Shown here piece after piece: positions 1-7,911 of a DNA stretch of 25,448 nucleotides. The notes under the pieces are model-generated. The model did no database searches, was not told the DNA's origin, and saw only the letters and a program-made list of their open reading frames with translations. The translations under genes were made by a program, and so were the position numbers. Source of the DNA: an uncultured Dehalococcoidia bacterium (GTDB lineage Bacteria; Chloroflexota; Dehalococcoidia; Lucifugimonadales; GCA-2712585); the NCBI GenBank assembly GCA_913052045.1, contig CAJXDJ010000001.1:1-25448 (forward strand). Reading direction: 5' to 3'. Every line of letters begins with the position of its first letter. Position 1 is the stretch's first letter.

Positions 1-6
1 CTAGGA

Positions 7-33
7 TATAATGGCACAAATTTCTGCCGGAGG
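7..33 (+). promoter_or_regulatory. Candidate -10 element (TATAAT, 7-12) and Shine-Dalgarno (GGAGG, 29-33) for the first dehydrogenase
   Basis: Perfect TATAAT at 7-12 and GGAGG 5 nt before the GTG at 39. The -35 would lie outside the window. Confidence 0.55.
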
Positions 34-38
34 GCTTC

Positions 39-1025
39 GTGTCCAAACCTAAAGTATTTGTTACTCGTCGAATTTTTCCTGAAGCCCTCGATATGATAGC
101 AGCCAAAACCCATATGGAACTATGGGAAGACGAGTTGCCGCCACCAAAAGACATCTTGTTAGAAAAGGCAAAAGATTGTCAGGGGATACTTTCACTTCTA
201 ACGGATGAGCTGGACGCGGAATTCTTCAAAACAGCAGAGGAACTCCGTGTTGTCAGTCAAATTGCAGTGGGTTATGACAACATAGACATAGCAGAGGCTA
301 CTCGTCGCCTTATACCCATTGGGCACACCCCTCACGTACTCAACGCTGCCACAGCCGATATGGCCTTTCTATTAATGATGGCATCAAGTAGGAGACTAGT
401 AGAAAGTCAAATCTTTGTTAAAGAAGGCGGATGGCGGACATGGCATCCTATGCACTTTTTGGGGCCAAATGTTTATGGAGCAACCTTAGGCATCGTCGGA
501 ATGGGTCGGATAGGACTAGAAATGGCCAGAAGAGCACGGGGATTTGATATGGAAGTTCTCTACACTGATCCAAATAGGAGAAGTCCGGAAGACGAGCAGG
601 AATTTAATCTAAAGTACCGCGACTTAGACGAAGTATTAGCCAAATCCGACTTTATAAGTCTACACGTGATCCTAACACCAAAAACTCATCACCTGATTAG
701 CAAACGAGAATTTCATTTCATGAAACCAACAGCCGTCTTAGTTAACACTGCTCGTGGATCCATAGTAGATCATGCCGCCCTGTATAACTCGCTAAAGAAA
801 AGGGAAATTTTCGCAGCTGGACTAGACGTGACCGATCCAGAGCCGTTACAGAAGGACCATCCTCTCCTTTCTTTGGATAATTGCATTGTCGTCCCACACA
901 TTGCTAGCGCTAGTTTTTCCAGCCGCCTTGCTATGTCAAATTTAGCGGCCCAGAATCTTTTAGCAGGCCTTAATGGTGAACGCCTGCCAAATTGCGCGAA
1001 CCCTGAAGTCTATGGAGCTCGGTAA
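39..1025 (+). CDS. D-isomer-specific 2-hydroxyacid dehydrogenase (glyoxylate/hydroxypyruvate reductase, GyaR-like), paralog 1
   Basis: Rossmann motif GIVGMGRIG and catalytic Arg/Glu/His motifs NTARG, DVTDPEP and VPHIASA. GTG start with GGAGG SD. Confidence 0.92.
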   Translation: MSKPKVFVTRRIFPEALDMIAAKTHMELWEDELPPPKDILLEKAKDCQGILSLLTDELDAEFFKTAEELRVVSQIAVGYDNIDIAEATRRLIPIGHTPHVLNAATADMAFLLMMASSRRLVESQIFVKEGGWRTWHPMHFLGPNVYGATLGIVGMGRIGLEMARRARGFDMEVLYTDPNRRSPEDEQEFNLKYRDLDEVLAKSDFISLHVILTPKTHHLISKREFHFMKPTAVLVNTARGSIVDHAALYNSLKKREIFAAGLDVTDPEPLQKDHPLLSLDNCIVVPHIASASFSSRLAMSNLAAQNLLAGLNGERLPNCANPEVYGAR

Positions 1026-1031
1026 TCTCCT

Positions 1032-2033
1032 GTGAGTAGACCCACTGTCTTCATAACCAGAAAAGTACACGATGAGGCTTTGTCGTTAATAGCCGAGGAA
1101 TGTAATATAGACCTGTGGGAACAGGATGCACCTCCTCCACACAAACTGCTTTGTAATCGGGCGAACGATGTGGATGGCATAATGACTAACGTGATGGACC
1201 GCATAGATGTTGAGTTCCTAAAAGTAGCTGCAAATTTGAAGGTAATCAGTCAGATTGCTGTTGGACTCGACAATATAGATCTGGTCGAAGCCACAAGACG
1301 GGAAATACCCGTTGGATACACACCTGGCGTTGTATCAGAAGTCACCGCGGATCACACCATGGGGATCTTATTAGCGTCAGCTCACAGGCTTGCCGAATCA
1401 GACCGTTGGGTTAGAAACGGACAGTGGAAAATAGCATTTCATCCACTCTTTTGGTTGGGATCAGAAGTCCATCACTCTACATTGGGAATAATAGGAATGG
1501 GCCGGATAGGGGCTGAAGTCGCCAAGAGGGCCAAAGCATTTGATATGGAAATTCTATATAACAATCCTACCAGAAAGCCTTTAGTTGAAGCCAAATTCGG
1601 CACTCGATATACCAGTCTAGATGCTTTGTTAAGACAATCCGATTTTGTGAGCATTCACTGTCCCCTCTCAAACCGCACACGAAACCTAATAGGAGCAAGG
1701 GAATTTAACCTGATGAAATCCACAGCTATTTTAATCAATACGGCAAGAGGTCCCATTGTTAACTCTAGGGAACTCTACTTAGCTCTAAAAAGTCGTGCCA
1801 TTGCCTACGCAGCACTAGACGTCACAGATCCCGAACCATTAGCCCCAGAGGATCCTCTGCTGACACTAGACAACATCCTAATCACACCTCACCTTGGAAG
1901 TGCGACAGAATCCACCAGAAAAAAGATGACTATGATTGCCGCTCATAATCTCCTACAGGGGATAAGAGGAGATTCCCTTATCCATTGTGCTAACCCGGAA
2001 GCCCTAAAACCAGCAACTAGAAATGGCATCTGA
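1032..2033 (+). CDS. D-isomer-specific 2-hydroxyacid dehydrogenase (glyoxylate/hydroxypyruvate reductase-like), paralog 2
   Basis: Motifs GIIGMGRIG, NTARG, DVTDPEP and TPHLGSA. Colinear with paralog 1 and starts 6 bp after its stop. The 3' end overlaps thiD convergently by 17 bp. Confidence 0.92.
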   Translation: MSRPTVFITRKVHDEALSLIAEECNIDLWEQDAPPPHKLLCNRANDVDGIMTNVMDRIDVEFLKVAANLKVISQIAVGLDNIDLVEATRREIPVGYTPGVVSEVTADHTMGILLASAHRLAESDRWVRNGQWKIAFHPLFWLGSEVHHSTLGIIGMGRIGAEVAKRAKAFDMEILYNNPTRKPLVEAKFGTRYTSLDALLRQSDFVSIHCPLSNRTRNLIGAREFNLMKSTAILINTARGPIVNSRELYLALKSRAIAYAALDVTDPEPLAPEDPLLTLDNILITPHLGSATESTRKKMTMIAAHNLLQGIRGDSLIHCANPEALKPATRNGI

Positions 2034-2820
2034 AAAAATGGTTAACTGGCCCAAATCCATGGCCCAGTGTGGTTGCCGCTCTTAACGCTCCTGTCACATA
2101 GGCCTTTGCTTCCATAATAGATTCGGTCAACGAAAATCCCTTAGCTAAACAAGCGGCAATTGCGGCTGCAAAGGTGCAACCCGTTCCATGCGTACTCCGA
2201 GTATCCACCCTCTCCCCAGAAAATTCCAATTTGCCTTCAACCGTAAACAATGTATCAATGGGAGCACCCGACATATGCCCGCCCTTTATAACTACGGCTC
2301 CTACACCCATAGATAGTATAGATAAACCAGCTTTGTCTAAATCTGAGGTTGATTTAATCGACCTTCCTGTAATTATTTCAGCTTCTGGTATGTTCGGTGT
2401 CACGACAGTTGCTAAGGGTAACAACTTAGTACAAAGTTGATTCACAGCGTCTTCACGAAGCAGTCGATCGCCGCTTTTTGCTACCATAACGGGATCCACA
2501 ACCAATTTCTCAACACCATGTGCCGTTAAAGTCTTTACGACGGTCTGAATTATTCTTGTATTGGCCAGCATACCAATCTTCACTACATCAGCACCAATGT
2601 CGCCAAGTACTGCATTTATCTGGGCATCAACCATTTCTAGGCTCATCTCCTTAATCTTAGTGACCCCAAGTGTATTTTGTGCCGTCACAGCCGTTATAGC
2701 CGTTGAACAGTAAACTCCTAATGCTGAACATGTCTTTAAGTCAGCTTGAATCCCTGCTCCACCGCCCGAGTCGGAACCCGCAATGGTCAATACTCTTGGT
2801 ATTGTGAATGCTTTAGCCAC
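2017..2820 (-). CDS. thiD: Hydroxymethylpyrimidine/phosphomethylpyrimidine kinase
   Basis: Motifs VLTIAGSDSGGGAGIQAD, VKIGML, VVDPVMVAKSG, TPNIPEAE and STHGTGC. The ORF track starts at 2838, but the GTG at 2820 has an AGGAG SD 5 nt upstream and is preferred. Confidence 0.95.
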   Translation of the reverse strand: MAKAFTIPRVLTIAGSDSGGGAGIQADLKTCSALGVYCSTAITAVTAQNTLGVTKIKEMSLEMVDAQINAVLGDIGADVVKIGMLANTRIIQTVVKTLTAHGVEKLVVDPVMVAKSGDRLLREDAVNQLCTKLLPLATVVTPNIPEAEIITGRSIKSTSDLDKAGLSILSMGVGAVVIKGGHMSGAPIDTLFTVEGKLEFSGERVDTRSTHGTGCTFAAAIAACLAKGFSLTESIMEAKAYVTGALRAATTLGHGFGPVNHFFRCHF

Positions 2821-2840
2821 AACCACTCCTGATACCACAA

Positions 2841-2869
2841 ATTCTACCTATAATGGATAGACCTATCTA
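2841..2869 (-). promoter_or_regulatory. Possible internal sigma70-type promoter for thiD
   Basis: Minus-strand TAGATA-N17-TAGAAT in the thiY-thiD spacer, overlapping a TGGATAG/CTATCCA inverted repeat (2854-2873). Confidence 0.3.
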
Positions 2870-2898
2870 TCCAAAACCGATTCCCACGATGTATCGTA

Positions 2899-3921
2899 CT
2901 AGTCTAGATTTCCAGAAGGCACCTCTGCTACATAAGAATTTGAATACGCTTTTGAAACATCCATATTGTTATCTATTAACCCATTATTCTGCATCCATGA
3001 GGAGAATTGTTCCCATCTTACTTGACTCTGCCATCCTACCCTGGCGACATCTCCCTTCCAAAGTGGTGCTAATAAATCTGCTCCTGGCCTATCTATTTCA
3101 GGATCTATCTCGGGATAAGCCCGCATCAGACTATCGACCGCAGCTTGTGGATCCCTAGACGCTTCCGTATACCCTCGTATAATAGCATTTACAAATTTTT
3201 GTACAGTTTTACCTTCCTTCTCATGCATATCCTCGTTGGTAACCAAAATCAATTCGTAGTATGAAGGAACACCCCACTCTTCCATTTTCATGATTTCTAC
3301 TGGAAATCCTTGATTCTTCATAGCTATTGATTCATACGTCCAAAAACAACCTACGCATGCATCAACTTGCCCACTAATCAATGCTGCCCCTAGGTTAAAT
3401 CCTACGTTCACGAGTTCGACCCGTTCTAGCCCTTCCATCACTCCATCATACTTGAGCATAGTATCCAACATTGGTTCGTTAAGAGGGATGCCCGGATAAC
3501 CTATCTTTTTACCATCTAAATCCCGTGGACGTTTCAGCCCAGAACTACGAAGTGTCATTACAGAATTCAGGGGAGTCTGAACAATCGCAGCCACAGATAT
3601 TACTGGTACTCCCTGATCTCGTGCTAACAGTAAATCAGGTTGATAATTTATACCAAAATCATCCGCTCCAGTTCCCACTGTTTGAAGAATGGACGCTGGG
3701 TCCTCAGGAGTATATGTCGAAACTTCTAGCCCCTCTTCTGCAAAATACCCCTTCTCAATGGCTAGAAATAACCCTGCATGATTAGCATTCGGGAACCAGT
3801 CCAAGACCAGTTTGATTTGTTGCATTGACTCTTGGTCCGAATCGGATCCCATTTCGCATCCAATTAAAAAGACACAGATCAAACATGATACAAGTATACG
3901 AATAATGATGGTTAACTTCAT
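2899..3921 (-). CDS. thiY: ABC transporter substrate-binding lipoprotein, NMT1/ThiY family (HMP/FAMP-type thiamine precursor)
   Basis: Hydrophobic signal peptide with a lipobox-like LIGC, and motifs LDWFPNANHAGLFLAIEKGYF and FWTYE. Lies in a TPP-riboswitch operon with thiD. Confidence 0.82.
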   Translation of the reverse strand: MKLTIIIRILVSCLICVFLIGCEMGSDSDQESMQQIKLVLDWFPNANHAGLFLAIEKGYFAEEGLEVSTYTPEDPASILQTVGTGADDFGINYQPDLLLARDQGVPVISVAAIVQTPLNSVMTLRSSGLKRPRDLDGKKIGYPGIPLNEPMLDTMLKYDGVMEGLERVELVNVGFNLGAALISGQVDACVGCFWTYESIAMKNQGFPVEIMKMEEWGVPSYYELILVTNEDMHEKEGKTVQKFVNAIIRGYTEASRDPQAAVDSLMRAYPEIDPEIDRPGADLLAPLWKGDVARVGWQSQVRWEQFSSWMQNNGLIDNNMDVSKAYSNSYVAEVPSGNLD

Positions 3922-3944
3922 CTTCCTACTCCATTCATTGTAGA

Positions 3945-4781
3945 TTACGATTTGTATTCCTCAGATTGATACCATGGTACGATAACCCGGCGCAATGCTA
4001 TTACTAACATGAAAAGAATAATTCCTAGGAAAGAAAGAATGAACATTGCAGCGAAAACTCTATCGGTTTGAAATTGTGGTATCGATCTAGTCATCAAATA
4101 CCCTAAACCTTCACTTGCACCAACCCACTCACCAATTACGGCTCCTATAACACTGACGACAATAGCTATTTTCATACCAGTGAAGAGATAAGGCAATGAG
4201 TTTGGCAGTTGTAGTTTGGGAAATATTTGCCAACGACTGGCCCCAAAAGTGCGCATCATGTTCATTGCATCACTATCGACGGCCTTGAATCCATCCATAG
4301 TATTGACAACTATTGGAAAGAAGGAAATAAGAGCGACAACGATGATTTTGGGAGTAATCCCATATCCCACCCAAATAAGCAATAATGGAGCAATGGCTAT
4401 AATCGGAATGGTCTGAGAAGCAACAATAAATGGGTAGACAGCCCGCTCAAATGCACGTGAGAACACCATGCAAAAAGCCAATACCAAACCAACTCCCAAA
4501 GCTACAAGAAACCCAAACACTACTTCCTTTAGTGTCACCAAAGTATGATGCCAAAGCAAGGAATAGTTCTCTTTACCCTCAACTAGAATATCGGATGGGG
4601 CAGGTAATAGCCAAACTGGAACGTCAAACAGACTTACGGATAATTCCCAAATCACAAACACAGAAGTGATTATGCCTGGTGGAATTAGATACAAGACCAA
4701 GCGGCCAATATCTCTACTAGCAACTCCAAAACCCGCTTCGGGTTTCAAATAGGACGATATCCTCATAATAAATTTAGTCAC
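3945..4781 (-). CDS. thiX: ABC transporter permease, ThiX/SsuC type
   Basis: Multiple TM segments, the motifs WLLPAPSDI and SQTIPIIAIAPLL, and an EAA-like loop (MMRTFGASRWQIF). Lies between the ATPase and the binding protein. Confidence 0.82.
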   Translation of the reverse strand: MTKFIMRISSYLKPEAGFGVASRDIGRLVLYLIPPGIITSVFVIWELSVSLFDVPVWLLPAPSDILVEGKENYSLLWHHTLVTLKEVVFGFLVALGVGLVLAFCMVFSRAFERAVYPFIVASQTIPIIAIAPLLLIWVGYGITPKIIVVALISFFPIVVNTMDGFKAVDSDAMNMMRTFGASRWQIFPKLQLPNSLPYLFTGMKIAIVVSVIGAVIGEWVGASEGLGYLMTRSIPQFQTDRVFAAMFILSFLGIILFMLVIALRRVIVPWYQSEEYKS

Positions 4782-4783
4782 TC

Positions 4784-5542
4784 TTATACTTCATCGCTCC
4801 AAAGTGCTCGTATCAATTGCTCCTTTAGCGCGATAAATGCCGTATCGGTTACCATCCTATAACGGCGTGGTCGCGGCAGTCCCACATTCACAACTAATTT
4901 AACCGAGGCGGGTCGGGCCGTTAAAACGATGACCCTATCTGAAAGAAGCAACGCCTCATCGACATCGTGTGTGATGAGAATTATCGTTTTGCCCATAGAA
5001 CTCCAAATATCCACCAACCATTCCTGCATCTGATGTCGGGTAAACGCATCAAGTGCACCAAAAGGTTCGTCCAGCACTATTAACTCCTGATCAGTCATCA
5101 AAGTTCTCATAAAGGCAACCCTCTGACGCATACCTCCAGACAAGACTGAGGGAGTTTTATATTCAAATCCATCTAAACCAAATCTCTCCATTAATTCTCC
5201 GGCCCGTTTACGAGACTCGATCCGAGAATGGCCCCTAATCTCCATCCCAAGGAGTGCATTCTCTAATACGGTTCTCCAGGGGAACAGCAGATCCTTTTGG
5301 GGCATATATCCGACTCTTCCCAATCTTGATTGAGATTCCTCACCTTCGATATTAATCAGTCCCGAATCCGGTTCTTCTAGGCCAGAAATGCAATTTAAAA
5401 GAGTGGTTTTACCACATCCACTTGGACCTATCACACTAACAAATTCACCATCGTAGACATCAAGGTTTATATCAGCCAAAACATTGACATAAGTCCCTTT
5501 ATCTGTAAAACATTTTTCTAGGTTACGGACTTGGAGTTTCAT
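4784..5542 (-). CDS. thiZ: ABC transporter ATP-binding protein, ThiZ/SsuB type
   Basis: Walker A GPSGCGKTT, signature LSGGMRQR, Walker B LDEPFGALD and H-loop ITHD. Confidence 0.85.
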   Translation of the reverse strand: MKLQVRNLEKCFTDKGTYVNVLADINLDVYDGEFVSVIGPSGCGKTTLLNCISGLEEPDSGLINIEGEESQSRLGRVGYMPQKDLLFPWRTVLENALLGMEIRGHSRIESRKRAGELMERFGLDGFEYKTPSVLSGGMRQRVAFMRTLMTDQELIVLDEPFGALDAFTRHQMQEWLVDIWSSMGKTIILITHDVDEALLLSDRVIVLTARPASVKLVVNVGLPRPRRYRMVTDTAFIALKEQLIRALWSDEV

Positions 5543-5551
5543 GTTCTCATC

Positions 5552-5585
5552 AAAAAGACCGCCCTCTTAGATTTAAAAGGCGGTC
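5552..5585 (-). terminator. Intrinsic terminator/attenuator of the TPP riboswitch expression platform
   Basis: Minus strand reads GACCGCCUUUU-loop-AGAGGGCGGUC followed by UUUUU, ending 9 nt before the thiZ ATG. Confidence 0.8.
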
Positions 5586-5605
5586 CTTAATATTATCGCA
5601 AACAA

Positions 5606-5705
5606 CCAAACTTCCTCCGCTGGAATTACCCAGATCAGGTTCGCAAGGGTCAGCGGCATTTCGGTCCGCCCTCTCAGCCCGGCTCTCCGAGCTCCCCCAC
5701 AGGAC
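5606..5705 (-). ncRNA. TPP (THI-box) riboswitch aptamer
   Basis: Minus strand reads GGGGGAGC...GCUGAGA...ACCCUU..GAACCUGAUCUGGGUAAUUCCAGCGGAGGAAG, the conserved TPP core. It lies upstream of thiamine salvage genes. Boundaries are approximate and P1 is not clear by eye. Confidence 0.95.
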
Positions 5706-5763
5706 AAATCTCACGACTCTAAGCTACCATGTTCACATTAAACTAAAACCATGTCAAATTCTA

Positions 5764-6414
5764 TTACGCCTGAATCCCAATCAATTTTATGCTGACATTA
5801 GCTTTGTAATTTCGATTAATGTTCAAAAGCAATACCGTTAACTGCTCCACATATTTGGCATTTTCAAGCCCGCCCCCATCTACACCTCGCAGTGAAGGAA
5901 TTGTGCCTACCATTTCCATTATTAGTCTTTTCGCACGACTGTCATCAGAACATATAACAACATCCCCTTCTAATTTACTATCGTGATTGATCAGATCGTG
6001 AGCACTAAGGTTCTGAAAAGCCGCCACTACTTTAGAAGTGCATAGTATCTGTTGAGCCTGAGCAGCAGCTGAACCTTCGGGAACATCCACATATATAGCA
6101 CGTCCACCTTGGAATTTGAGAGGCACTACTACAGTAACCACCAACTTTTCAGTTAAATACATCTTCAGCTCTTGTAAAACATCCATCTGATTCACAAAGG
6201 GAACGGCCAAAAATACCACTGTGCCTTTACGCGCTGCTTCTAGGTTAGATGCCCCTTCTATTTTAGATCCAGGGCATAACCGCCGAATCTCATCTGCAAT
6301 CGTTTCTGCACGATTTTTGCTCCTAGATCCCAAGATAATTTGGTTGCCGGCAATAACTAATCTCATTGCTAGCCCCCTACCTTCTAATCCAGTCCCACCT
6401 ATAATACTGATCAT
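5764..6414 (-). CDS. npdG: NADPH-dependent F420 reductase (F420H2:NADP+ oxidoreductase, Fno/NpdG family)
   Basis: Motifs ISIIGGTGLEG, ILGSR, VFLAVPF, VVAAFQNLSA, VVICSDD and DGGGLENAKYVE. The ATG at 6414 has a GGAG SD and is preferred over the ORF-track start at 6459. Confidence 0.85.
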   Translation of the reverse strand: MISIIGGTGLEGRGLAMRLVIAGNQIILGSRSKNRAETIADEIRRLCPGSKIEGASNLEAARKGTVVFLAVPFVNQMDVLQELKMYLTEKLVVTVVVPLKFQGGRAIYVDVPEGSAAAQAQQILCTSKVVAAFQNLSAHDLINHDSKLEGDVVICSDDSRAKRLIMEMVGTIPSLRGVDGGGLENAKYVEQLTVLLLNINRNYKANVSIKLIGIQA

Positions 6415-6505
6415 ATGCTCTATCTCCGGCACAAACCTCAATATAGTCAAATCAATCATAAGCCATGACTCGGCCTTCTTCTAGTGATAGGATTCATTTG
6501 CCCAA

Positions 6506-6534
6506 TTGACCACTACCACAACATGTAGTAACAT
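6506..6534 (+). promoter_or_regulatory. Sigma70-type promoter of argJ, with overlapping repeats
   Basis: TTGACC-N17-TAACAT, with AACATGT repeated at 6520 and 6530. The ORF-track TTG start at 6506 is more likely this -35 element. Confidence 0.6.
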
Positions 6535-6544
6535 GTGGCGAACT

Positions 6545-7903
6545 ATGGAGAAGCATGGTTGTAGGCACTGCGGGTATCAATTTTTTCCCCGTGTAGAAAA
6601 TCCTAAAAAATGCGGGAACTGCCAGAGGCCATATCCCCTGATCCCACGAGATATGACAGAACAATCGGTTACTAAGGAAATACACATGATTTCAGGATTA
6701 ACAAAATTAGACCAAGGGAGTATCACCTCTCCCAGTGGATTTACAGCAGGATCAACGTTCGTCGGACTCAAAACTTACGCAGAAGATAAACTAGACCTCG
6801 GTATCTTAATGTCTGTTTCTCCATGCTCTGTAGCTGGATTCTACACTCTAAACCAACTCAAATCTCACTCTGTCACCCTAGATCAAGAACGAACTATTAA
6901 CGGTCGTGCTCAGGCTTTAATCGTCAATAGTGGTATAGCAAACGCATGCGTTGGACATCAAGGATACATAGACGCAAGCCATATCACTGAAAAGGTTTCA
7001 GAGCACTTGGGCCTAGATAAAGACGACGTTCTTATATGTAGTACAGGACTAATAGGAGTAGAACTCCCGGTATCTTTGATCAAGGCAGGGATCGACTGCA
7101 TAGTACAAAAAGAAGATGGAGGCCACGACCTTGCCCGGGCAATCATTACAACAGATACACGAACTAAAGAGATAGCTTTTAGCTTCAAGCATGAAGAGAA
7201 AACTATAACGATTGGAGGAGTTTGTAAGGGATCTGGAATGATTCATCCGAATATGGCTACAATGTTGGCTTTCATTACCACGGATGCAACTATTTCGCCA
7301 GGGCTCCTAAAAACAATGGCCAATAAATCTGTAGATCAATCTTTCAATATGATTACGATAGACGGAGACTCAAGCACAAACGATACGGTACTCGTATTTG
7401 CAAACGGAGAATCCGGTTGCCCCGAAATCTTGGAGGAATCGCCAGACCAGTCCCTACTTCAAGCAGCATTAGACCAAGTTTGCACATTCTTAGCTAAAGA
7501 AATTGTAAGAGATGGGGAAGGCGCCAATAAAATAATCGAAGTTAAGGTTGAAGGTGCTAATTCGAGAGAAGAAGCCCGTAGCGGAGCAATCACTATAGCA
7601 AGCTCCACTTTAGTAAAGACCGCCATACACGGTAATGATCCCAATTGGGGCAGGATAGTTGCCGCTCTAGGTCGGAGTAAATGCCATATCATAGAGGAAA
7701 AAATAGCTCTCTACATAAACAATATATGCATAATGGAAGCTGGCATTCCTACACCTTTTCCCAGAGACTCAGTCGTAGCTATCATGTCTGGAGCAGAGGT
7801 GGCAATCCGACTTAATCTAAACTTAGGCAGTGAAACCGCTACGGCCTGGGGCTGTAACTTAAGTGAAGAATACGTCACATTCAACTCTGCCTACACTACG
7901 TAA
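6545..7903 (+). CDS. argJ: Bifunctional-type ornithine acetyltransferase/N-acetylglutamate synthase ArgJ with an in-frame N-terminal Cys4 extension
   Basis: Motifs SITSPSGFTAG, NSGIANAC, STGLIG, IITTDT, KGSGMIHPNMATML (autoproteolysis Thr), DGDSSTND, IVRDGEGA, DPNWGRI and WGCNLSEEYV. The canonical-length start is the ATG at 6686 (AAGGA SD). The frame is open upstream to 6545/6533. Confidence 0.95.
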   Translation: MEKHGCRHCGYQFFPRVENPKKCGNCQRPYPLIPRDMTEQSVTKEIHMISGLTKLDQGSITSPSGFTAGSTFVGLKTYAEDKLDLGILMSVSPCSVAGFYTLNQLKSHSVTLDQERTINGRAQALIVNSGIANACVGHQGYIDASHITEKVSEHLGLDKDDVLICSTGLIGVELPVSLIKAGIDCIVQKEDGGHDLARAIITTDTRTKEIAFSFKHEEKTITIGGVCKGSGMIHPNMATMLAFITTDATISPGLLKTMANKSVDQSFNMITIDGDSSTNDTVLVFANGESGCPEILEESPDQSLLQAALDQVCTFLAKEIVRDGEGANKIIEVKVEGANSREEARSGAITIASSTLVKTAIHGNDPNWGRIVAALGRSKCHIIEEKIALYINNICIMEAGIPTPFPRDSVVAIMSGAEVAIRLNLNLGSETATAWGCNLSEEYVTFNSAYTT

Positions 7904-7911
7904 ACTATCAG

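Noticed and set aside
2899-3921. NMT1-family protein as a THI5-type HMP-P synthase
   Set aside because: It has a lipoprotein signal, sits with an ABC permease and ATPase, and lacks the THI5 CCCxC motif.
5748-5757. Perfect TTGACA on the minus strand as the -35 of the thi operon
   Set aside because: No acceptable -10 lies 16-18 nt downstream, so the promoter was not assigned.
6506-6544. ORF-track ArgJ start MTTTTTCSN at TTG 6506
   Set aside because: The TTG coincides with a well-spaced -35 element, so it is probably not transcribed.
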